A stretch of DNA of 64,000 bases from the NCBI GenBank assembly GCA_964428845.1, contig CAYRZH010000005.1, positions 1,647-65,646 of the forward strand. Reading direction: 5' to 3'. Below the pieces are notes generated by a model. It worked only from the letters and a program-made list of their open reading frames with translations. It ran no database searches and was not told the DNA's origin. The stretch is from an uncultured Candidatus Saccharibacteria bacterium (GTDB lineage Bacteria; Patescibacteriota; Minisyncoccia; Phycocordibacterales; DATGWK01). Every line of letters begins with the position of its first letter. The stretch's first letter is position 1. The position numbers and the translations under genes are program-made. This document shows, piece after piece, positions 40,570-48,257 of the stretch.

Positions 40570-40645
40570 CAAACACCTCCTTCTTCCTGGTTTTAAGGTT
40601 TTTTATCTCGGAATAGGCACAAAAAATTACCCATGGTCCTATAGA

Positions 40646-40675
40646 TTTATACCACAACTTTATGAGTGGAGTCAA
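40646..40675 (-). promoter_or_regulatory. Putative promoter of the GT-B unit
   Basis: TTGACT, 18 nt spacer, TATAAA with extended TGn. Confidence 0.6.
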
Positions 40676-40715
40676 TCTAACCAAAACTGAAACAATACCG
40701 TTTGATCTATCTACC

Positions 40716-41759
40716 CTAATCGACGAGCTTGATATTGGATGAATAAACTGGGTTCTTCTGGCAGAAATCCTTAAATGACGGAGATGCGTTTTTAATTTCC
40801 AGTTTTGTATACTTCGCACCAAACATAGAGTCTGTATACTGAAACTCAAGTACCAGTCGATGATCTTTTTTAAGAGGAGTACCTTTATGCCAACATTTTG
40901 TGTCTCCGGCAAATACAGTCCCGGCTGGGGCACAAACTTCAATAAAATCTTCTTTGGTATAATGTCCCTTTAGATCAGAATCAGGAATGCGAGCGTACCC
41001 TCTTTTTAGTAGATTTGCTGGTTTTTTCCCAGGTAGGTGTGAACCTCTAATGTAGCGGTGAGGGCCGGTGTCTGGATTGACATCAGTCAGGTAAATAAAA
41101 ATTTTGAGCCATTTGATCCTATCCATATCAAAATGATAAAGCTGTGCCGCTTCAGAAGAAGCTTCTTTTAGAAAAGACGTACTCCACCACATAGCTGGAA
41201 AATCGAAAATCGGCTCACATCCCAAATAGTTTCTAGCGATATTTATAAAAACAGGGTCCATTATGAGGGATTGAATATCTTTGTTATTGACTAGATCAAT
41301 TACGTCGAATCTATATATCTCGGCAAGGGGGTGAGCCGGATCATAAACGATCTTGGTGTCGTAAGCTGGAGGTATTTTTGCTCCGCTCGTTCCCGCGTAC
41401 TGGTATAAATTTGAAACAGTCTCTTGAGGTAGTTTTTTATCAAAGAGTGCGTATCCGTCTCTATTTAGGGTACTATTGAAATTTTTAAATCTGATTTCGT
41501 CGAATGTACCAATTACCCCTTGGAGCGGAACATCAACGGACTGGGGTGGATTCTTGGCCGCTATTTTTCGATGCTCATCTTCGCTAAACTTGCCGTTGGT
41601 GGCACAGTAAAGCTGGATCAGTGCAGAATAAGATTTTGGTGGTGTTATTTTTGTTTCTTCAAAAACTTTGTAACCCTGGTAGAAATCGTTATAGGCGCCC
41701 TTGCGTTTATAAGTTTCGTGAGCAATTTTATTTTTAATCTTTTTAAACAGGGTATTCAT
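40716..41759 (-). CDS. Phytanoyl-CoA dioxygenase-like 2OG/Fe(II) oxygenase
   Basis: YHFD (HxD), IYLTDV..GP..IRGSH, distal WHKG and R. Confidence 0.85.
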   Translation of the reverse strand: MNTLFKKIKNKIAHETYKRKGAYNDFYQGYKVFEETKITPPKSYSALIQLYCATNGKFSEDEHRKIAAKNPPQSVDVPLQGVIGTFDEIRFKNFNSTLNRDGYALFDKKLPQETVSNLYQYAGTSGAKIPPAYDTKIVYDPAHPLAEIYRFDVIDLVNNKDIQSLIMDPVFINIARNYLGCEPIFDFPAMWWSTSFLKEASSEAAQLYHFDMDRIKWLKIFIYLTDVNPDTGPHRYIRGSHLPGKKPANLLKRGYARIPDSDLKGHYTKEDFIEVCAPAGTVFAGDTKCWHKGTPLKKDHRLVLEFQYTDSMFGAKYTKLEIKNASPSFKDFCQKNPVYSSNIKLVD

Positions 41760-41770
41760 AATTTTTGGTG

Positions 41771-42481
41771 TTATGTAAGTAATTGTGAAATCACGACAGT
41801 ACTCAAATCATTCTTGTTGTAATGATCATATTCAAAAACGATACGATTTTCAGAAACAGAACTTATTAGCTTTTTTAAGTCGTCCGTGGAATTGAGGTTG
41901 TTGACTCGCACAGCGCCCAATCCCTCTCTGTCCTGTAAAGGATTGTGTTGTATGCCGATTCCTAGTAGGCCTCCAGGTTTGAGAATTCGTTGGCATTCCT
42001 TTACAACTCCTACAGGATCTTTTGAATAACTAATCATCCATCCTAAAAGTACAACGTCATATGTTTTGTCAGCAAACTCTGTGCGGTGGATGTCGCCGAC
42101 AATAATGTTATCAGAATAAGAAAACAAATCTAGCCCATATGTATCTTTAAATCTGTATGCTCGTAACCAATAGATATCATCTTCTGTTCGACAGCCGACC
42201 ACTAGTATTTTTTTCCTATCTCGATCCTTAGTGAAGTAGGCGATAATCGGGTAGATCAGGAGACCCATGCGTCCACCACACCCGAAAACTGCCCTAGGAA
42301 AATTGAATGCAGATAAATTGTGAGAGATAGTTTGTTCCCCAATTTTGTCGGACTTGAGACTATCAAAACGCAAGTGTTTCTTGAGTAAAAAATGTCTAGT
42401 TCGAACGAACCAATATCTTAGTCTGTAAAATCGGAGTAGGGGGGTAAACAATCGGTCAGAGATATTAGAGAGCGTTTTCAT
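41771..42481 (-). CDS. Class I methyltransferase-like protein
   Basis: ILVVGCR, GLDL, VGDIH, RILKPGG. Confidence 0.75.
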   Translation of the reverse strand: MKTLSNISDRLFTPLLRFYRLRYWFVRTRHFLLKKHLRFDSLKSDKIGEQTISHNLSAFNFPRAVFGCGGRMGLLIYPIIAYFTKDRDRKKILVVGCRTEDDIYWLRAYRFKDTYGLDLFSYSDNIIVGDIHRTEFADKTYDVVLLGWMISYSKDPVGVVKECQRILKPGGLLGIGIQHNPLQDREGLGAVRVNNLNSTDDLKKLISSVSENRIVFEYDHYNKNDLSTVVISQLLT

Positions 42482-43748
42482 TATGGATTTTTAAAGTGTA
42501 CGGTAATGAAACAAAACCGATATTCTCATGAGCGTCATTGCTTGATGGAAGTATGTTTAACATAGGAATATTTACATTTTCGTCAACGACATCATAAAAA
42601 ATGGAAGCCTCTTTGTTGGCTAGAGAAAAATATAAAGAGTACTGGCCTGGTCGAAGTGTTTTTTTGGGAATTGAAACACTGAAGGATAAGCTTTGGCCAG
42701 CATGGATCGCTTTTTCGGAAACTAAAGTTTTTATATTGGAAACGATTTCCTTCGATAGGGGCTGTCGCAAGGCCATATAGAATAGCAGGCTATCTATGTC
42801 TTTTTCTGCCACAACCGTAAACTCAAATGTAATGTCCTCGTTAAAATTAAAATCCCAACATTCTTTTCCACGTTTTGTTCCTTGGGCCTTATGAAAAGTT
42901 GTACCGCCGGCTGTCCTCTTCAGCCTGTTTTTCAATGACACTGCCCCCAAGTTTTTCGTCTGCGATGAGATAATTCCGTTGTATGTGGAAATAACTTTTC
43001 TTGTGTCACCTGAATCTACAACACGACCATTCTTTAATAGTATCGCTCTCGTACACAAGGACTGAACAGCCGCTATGTTGTGACTGACGAAAAGTATTGT
43101 TCTCCCATCTTTTCTTGTAATCTCATCCATCTTTCCAAGACATTTTTTTTGAAATTCTGCATCACCAACGGCGAGCACTTCGTCGACGAGAAGTATATCT
43201 GGTTCCATGTGTGCGGCTACCGAAAAAGCCAGACGCACATACATACCACTTGAATAATATTTGACCGGGGTATCGAGAAATTTTTCAATACCGGCAAAGG
43301 CTACAATCTCGTCGAACTTGTTGGCAATCTCGTGTTTTTTCATTCCCAGAATTGCGCCGTTTAGAAAAATATTTTCTCTGCCCGTGAGTTCTGGATGGAA
43401 ACCAGTACCAACTTCGAGGAGTGAACCAACACGTCCACGTAAGACAACCTCGCCTTCAGAAGGCGGGGTAATTTGAGACAAGATTTTAAGAAGGGTAGAT
43501 TTTCCTGCACCGTTCGGCCCAATAATACCAACGACCTCACCCTTATTGACCGTGAAGTCAATATTTTTTAAGGCCCAAAACTCCTCTTTCTTTTCAAGAC
43601 CCACAGTGCGTTTGGCTTTATGTTTTAGATAGGAAAAGGGACGTCTAGCAATATTTGCAATAACATCACGTAACGCAATATAACCTCCGCGCATGTGGGC
43701 AATGTCATATTTTTTGCCAAGATTTCTGACTTCGATAATGGGAGACAT
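42465..43748 (-). CDS. wzt: Polysaccharide ABC exporter ATPase with C-terminal Wzt_C domain
   Basis: GPNGAGKST, YSSGMYVRLAF, LLVDEVLAVGD, VSH; about 150-aa beta-rich C-terminal extension. Confidence 0.93.
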   Translation of the reverse strand: MSPIIEVRNLGKKYDIAHMRGGYIALRDVIANIARRPFSYLKHKAKRTVGLEKKEEFWALKNIDFTVNKGEVVGIIGPNGAGKSTLLKILSQITPPSEGEVVLRGRVGSLLEVGTGFHPELTGRENIFLNGAILGMKKHEIANKFDEIVAFAGIEKFLDTPVKYYSSGMYVRLAFSVAAHMEPDILLVDEVLAVGDAEFQKKCLGKMDEITRKDGRTILFVSHNIAAVQSLCTRAILLKNGRVVDSGDTRKVISTYNGIISSQTKNLGAVSLKNRLKRTAGGTTFHKAQGTKRGKECWDFNFNEDITFEFTVVAEKDIDSLLFYMALRQPLSKEIVSNIKTLVSEKAIHAGQSLSFSVSIPKKTLRPGQYSLYFSLANKEASIFYDVVDENVNIPMLNILPSSNDAHENIGFVSLPYTLKIHNENAL

Positions 43749-43756
43749 ATTTTTAC

Positions 43757-44581
43757 TTAAATGATATCTGCAAAATAACGTTCTGTTTTTTTGAAATATG
43801 TAATACCAATTATAAAAATGACAGAGCAGCCTATAAATGAAGCCAGAATCAAAGCCCAATTGATCGGAGTTGTGCCCAACAGTGCTGCTCGAGCGCTTTG
43901 GATAATACCCATCATTGGGTTTAGAGCGAGGATTTTGGAATACGCCCCGGCAATTGAGGCTGGATATATAACTGGTGTGACAAACAAAAGAAGTTGTATG
44001 AAGAAAGGTAAAGCATAACGAACATCTCGATACTTAACATTGACCGACGAAAGAAATAAACCGAGACCAACCGCTGTCATAAAGGTTAAAATAAGAAGAA
44101 GGGGTAGGATAAGAAATCCTCCGAGGTGGGGGGTATAGCCGTAGTAGATCATAAGACCCACGAGGATCACTGATGCGATTAAAAAATCTACAAGTTTCGT
44201 AAACACAGTTGAAATCGGCAGAAGTAGTCTTGGAAAATAGACTTTGGTGACGATTGCTTTATTCGCCAAAAGTGAATTGCTCGTTTCTCCCAAAGCGTCG
44301 GAAAAAAACTGCCAGAATAGAAGACCTACATAAACGAAAACAGGATAGGGAACTCCATCAGAAGGGATCTGGGCAAGTTTCCCAAAAAAAATGGTAAAGA
44401 CCACCATGGTAATGAGTGGTTGAAGGATTGACCAAAGTACACCGATTGCTGTTTGTTTGTATCTGACCTTCAGATCTCTCCAGGTGAAAAAATATAAGAG
44501 CTCCCTGTAATACCAAAGCTCTTTTAGGTCTCGGAAGCTGAATATTTTTTTGGGTTTGATTACCGTGGTTTGGACCTGCAT
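43757..44581 (-). CDS. wzm: Polysaccharide ABC exporter permease
   Basis: RDLKVRYKQT, KVYFPR, YRDV, TPVIYP, NPM. Confidence 0.93.
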   Translation of the reverse strand: MQVQTTVIKPKKIFSFRDLKELWYYRELLYFFTWRDLKVRYKQTAIGVLWSILQPLITMVVFTIFFGKLAQIPSDGVPYPVFVYVGLLFWQFFSDALGETSNSLLANKAIVTKVYFPRLLLPISTVFTKLVDFLIASVILVGLMIYYGYTPHLGGFLILPLLLILTFMTAVGLGLFLSSVNVKYRDVRYALPFFIQLLLFVTPVIYPASIAGAYSKILALNPMMGIIQSARAALLGTTPINWALILASFIGCSVIFIIGITYFKKTERYFADII

Positions 44582-44644
44582 ATCACTATTTATTCAAAGA
44601 TTGTACCATAGGCAATACTCTATGTACGTGCTATATTTGAGCCC

Positions 44645-46840
44645 ATGAATATAAATACAACATTAAAAGGCCTTATCCTTTTAGGTATTTTTGCAATCCT
44701 TTTTACTCCTTTCATAGTAGCTAACCACCAATTCTTTCCTTTTATTACGGGTAAAGCCTTTGTATTCCGAATAGCGATCGAAATTATCTTTGCTATTTGG
44801 ATTTTTCTATTTATCAGAGATAAGCAGTACATGCCAAAGTTTTCTTGGATAACTGCAAGCATTCTCATTTTTATCGGTATTATCGCTCTGGCTGATATCT
44901 TTGGCGAAAATCCATACAAAAGTTTCTGGAGCAATTTTGAGCGTATGGAAGGTCTCATTGGTCTTATTCATCTTCTGTTGTACTTCCTTGTTGCATCGAG
45001 CATGCTTACGACAGAGAAATTGTGGAAAACATTCCTAAACACTTCGATTGTGGCAAGCGTCTTGATGGCTTTCTTCAGTTTCTTTCAGCTCGCCGGTAAA
45101 TTACCGATCAATCAGGGCGGTGTCCGTGTTGATGGAACCTTCGGTAATGCTACCTATTTGGCAGTCTACATGCTTATAAATATGTTTTTTGCGACCCTGC
45201 TTTTTGCACGATCAAAAGGGAAAATTTATCTGAAAGTTCTCTATAGTATTGCATTTATTCTACAGGGCATCGTTCTCTACTACACGGCTACCCGAGGAGC
45301 TATCTTGGGTCTTGTTGGGGGCTTCGCTTTGTTTGGACTCATTCTCGCCTTGTTTGCCAGAGGCAACAAGAAAGCTAGGATTACCGGAGTTTCAATCGTT
45401 GTATTTATCGCAATTATTGCTGGAGGTTTTTTCTCTCTCCGAAATACTGATTTTGTCAAAAATAGTTTAACTCTTAGTCGCTTTGCTTCTCTTTCTTCTG
45501 AAAGCATCAAGTCACAAGGAAGATACTATGTCTGGCCAATGGCTATCGAGGGTTTTAAAGAACGTCCGATTTTGGGCTGGGGTCAAGAAAATTTCAGTTA
45601 TGTTTTCAACAAAAATTATAGTTCACAAATGTACACCCAGGAACAATGGTTTGATAGAACACATAACATTTTCTTAGACTGGTTGGTGGCTGGCGGGATC
45701 TTGGGTTTTCTTTCTTACTGGGTTATCTACATAGTGGCCCTTTGGTATCTATGGAGAAAGAAGAGCAGTTTTTCTTTTGTGGACAAATCAATTTTAACCG
45801 GCCTTATCGCCGCTTACATTGCCCAGAACATTTTTGTCTTCGATAATTTGATAAGCTATATCCTATTCTTCTCAATTCTTGCCTACATTCATTCGATGAG
45901 CGTCGCGTCTCGTGAACCGTTGAGGTGGTTATCTAGGCTAACGAATAATTCGGAATTCGCGCAACGTGTTGCCCTACCTCTTATCATCATCGCTATTATT
46001 CCCGCCCTTTACTTTCTGAATGCCAAACCAATCTTTGCCAACCGTGCTCTCATCCGGGCGATCAGCTTTGGACAGACTACTCCTGCTAAGAGTTTGGAAG
46101 ATTTCAAAAAAACTTTCTCGTACAATACCTTTGGTAGTACTGAAGCACGAGAACAATTACCATCTGCCGTATCAAAGTTTGTTTCTGAAGGGGTTCCAGC
46201 CCAAGTAAGGGACGAATTTATCGATCTCGCCAAGAGACAAATGCTCATCCAGGTAAACGAAACACCCCTTGATACCCGCACTCTTCTTTTTACAGGTAAT
46301 TTGTTCAACCAAATTGGTGAGAGTGGAAACGCTATCGAATATTTTGAGCGAGCACTTAAAACTTCTCCTCAAAAACAGACTATCTATTTTGGATTGGGAG
46401 CCGCCTATCTAGCGATGGGGAATAAAGAATATCCTAAAGCTCTGGAAATGTTTAAGAAAGCGTACGAACTCGAACCGAACTATTCTGAAGCCAGACTTAT
46501 CTATGGAATTGGGGCAATTTACAATGGCAACAGCAAGCTTGCTAATGAGATGTTTGCGACTATCGAACCACAACGGGCCATCTTTGACGACAGAATCCTT
46601 TCAGCTTTTCTTGTTACCGGCCAATACAATGATATTGTGAAATTGCTAGAAACGCGTGTCGCTCTAGACCCAAAAAATGCCAAGATTCGCTTTCAGTTGG
46701 CAGCAGCCTATTTCCAAATTGGGGACAGATTCCGAGCAGTAGAACAGCTAAAAGTGGCTATAACACTAGATTCTAACGTTAAGGAGCAAGCAGAATACCT
46801 CATAAAAGAGATACAGGCAGGGAGAAATCCACTGCAATAG
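44645..46840 (+). CDS. O-antigen ligase/Wzy_C family protein with C-terminal TPR repeats
   Basis: GTFGNATYLA, TATRGA, ERPILGWGQENF, DRTHNIFLD; TPR-like helical C-terminus. Confidence 0.88.
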   Translation: MNINTTLKGLILLGIFAILFTPFIVANHQFFPFITGKAFVFRIAIEIIFAIWIFLFIRDKQYMPKFSWITASILIFIGIIALADIFGENPYKSFWSNFERMEGLIGLIHLLLYFLVASSMLTTEKLWKTFLNTSIVASVLMAFFSFFQLAGKLPINQGGVRVDGTFGNATYLAVYMLINMFFATLLFARSKGKIYLKVLYSIAFILQGIVLYYTATRGAILGLVGGFALFGLILALFARGNKKARITGVSIVVFIAIIAGGFFSLRNTDFVKNSLTLSRFASLSSESIKSQGRYYVWPMAIEGFKERPILGWGQENFSYVFNKNYSSQMYTQEQWFDRTHNIFLDWLVAGGILGFLSYWVIYIVALWYLWRKKSSFSFVDKSILTGLIAAYIAQNIFVFDNLISYILFFSILAYIHSMSVASREPLRWLSRLTNNSEFAQRVALPLIIIAIIPALYFLNAKPIFANRALIRAISFGQTTPAKSLEDFKKTFSYNTFGSTEAREQLPSAVSKFVSEGVPAQVRDEFIDLAKRQMLIQVNETPLDTRTLLFTGNLFNQIGESGNAIEYFERALKTSPQKQTIYFGLGAAYLAMGNKEYPKALEMFKKAYELEPNYSEARLIYGIGAIYNGNSKLANEMFATIEPQRAIFDDRILSAFLVTGQYNDIVKLLETRVALDPKNAKIRFQLAAAYFQIGDRFRAVEQLKVAITLDSNVKEQAEYLIKEIQAGRNPLQ

Positions 46841-46843
46841 AGC

Positions 46844-46872
46844 TTGACTTATTGCCCGGAATTTGCTAGTAT
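46844..46872 (+). promoter_or_regulatory. Putative strong promoter with no conventional downstream gene
   Basis: TTGACT, 17 nt spacer, TAGTAT with extended TGn. Confidence 0.75.
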
Positions 46873-46878
46873 ATCCTT

Positions 46879-46956
46879 GTGAGTGCCGACGTAAATGTTG
46901 GCCCAAACAAACGAATGTCTGCGAAAGGCTCCGCTTCGGCGGAGCTTTTCGTTTGT
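46879..46956 (+). ncRNA. Putative small structured RNA or attenuator
   Basis: Hairpin GCCGAC/GTTGGC, then a 13-bp stem with cUUCGg tetraloop (46922-46951) and a T-rich tail. Confidence 0.45.
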
Positions 46957-47038
46957 GTACTTTAGTTTTTTTTAAAGAAGTATTTATCAAGAATATGTTG
47001 TCCTATGGTGACTACTGTATTATTATGAAGCCAAGAAG

Positions 47039-47123
47039 ATTGCGCGAGGTCATGGTCGGCGGTTCGCACTCACATAGACATTTGTTTTGGAGCTAGCTGC
47101 CGCCGACCATGACTTTGCACAAT
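47039..47123 (+). ncRNA. Long hairpin upstream of murB (25-bp stem)
   Basis: ATTGCGCGAGGTCATGGTCGGCGGT pairs with GCCGCCGACCATGACTTTGCACAAT; preceded by TTGTCC-17-TATTAT (46998-47026). Confidence 0.5.
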
Positions 47124-47143
47124 TTACTCTCGAAGTTACCACA

Positions 47144-48175
47144 ATGAAAATCGAGAAGAACGTTCTTCTAGAAAAATTCACGACATTTCGTGTTGGTGGG
47201 CCGGCCAAAGAGTTTGTCGAAGTTTCTTCAATAGAGGAACTTAGCGAGGCTGTTGCCTATGCCCGCAAGAATAATCTGAAAATCTTTATCCTCGGTGGAG
47301 GATCTAATGTCCTGATTTCAGATAAAGGTTTCGAAGGTCTTGTAATTCATATAACTTTTAAGGGCATTAGCTATGTATCAGTAGGAGAGAAGGTTCGTGT
47401 TACCGCCATGGGAGGTCTCGACTGGGATGATCTTGTTTCTGACACGGTTTCCCGTGGGCTTTACGGTCTTGAAAATCTCTCTGGTATACCGGGAAGTGTT
47501 GGTGCTGCACCTGTTCAGAACATAGGAGCATATGGTGGAGAGCTAAAAGACGTCCTCTTATCACTTGAAATTTTTGATACTGAAACTCTTGAGGCAAAAT
47601 CCCTTTCTGCCGAGGAGTGTCGCTTCGGTTATCGCGATAGTTTATTTAAAAAGGAGCAAGGACACAGATTGGTTGTCACCTCAATAACTCTCGAGCTAAA
47701 AAAAACGGGCCCTGTAAACATAACCTACCGGGACCTAGCTCAATATTTTTCGGGGAAAGAAAGTCAGCCACTTACGGCGGTGGATGTCCGAGAAGCGGTT
47801 CTCTCCATTCGCAAAAACAAACTTCCAGACGTGAAAACATACGGCACAGCCGGCTCATTTTTCAAAAATCCAATCGTTTCCATAAGGGAATCTGAAGAGC
47901 TTCGGACCAAATTCCCAGAAATGCCTTCATATAAGGAGGATGATGGCCGAGTGAAAATTCCTGCGGCTTGGCTTATAGATAGGGTTTGCAACCTCAAGGA
48001 TTTTCGATCGGGGGATGTTGGAACATATCCTAAACAACCCCTCGCCATAGTAAATTATGGCGGGGCATCAGCCAGTGAGATTTCTCAATTTGCCCAGACG
48101 ATCCAGAAATCAGTTTCAGAAAAAACTGGAATAAATTTGGAATGGGAGGTGGCAAAGATTGGAAAATTTGATTAG
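47144..48175 (+). CDS. murB: UDP-N-acetylenolpyruvoylglucosamine reductase
   Basis: TFRVGGPA, LGGGSN, GIPGSVGAAPVQNIGAYG, FGYRDS, AGSFFKNP. Confidence 0.96.
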   Translation: MKIEKNVLLEKFTTFRVGGPAKEFVEVSSIEELSEAVAYARKNNLKIFILGGGSNVLISDKGFEGLVIHITFKGISYVSVGEKVRVTAMGGLDWDDLVSDTVSRGLYGLENLSGIPGSVGAAPVQNIGAYGGELKDVLLSLEIFDTETLEAKSLSAEECRFGYRDSLFKKEQGHRLVVTSITLELKKTGPVNITYRDLAQYFSGKESQPLTAVDVREAVLSIRKNKLPDVKTYGTAGSFFKNPIVSIRESEELRTKFPEMPSYKEDDGRVKIPAAWLIDRVCNLKDFRSGDVGTYPKQPLAIVNYGGASASEISQFAQTIQKSVSEKTGINLEWEVAKIGKFD

Positions 48176-48257
48176 CTTTGACTCAAACCAGCCTTCGGTT
48201 AAATTTTAGTGGAGTTTTGTGCTAAAATACACTGGTTTTTCCTGGTCTATACATTTT

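Noticed and set aside
47058-47075. GGTTCGCAC as a tRNA or tmRNA T-loop
   Set aside because: The flanks do not form a T-stem; there is no cloverleaf, CCA end or tag peptide.
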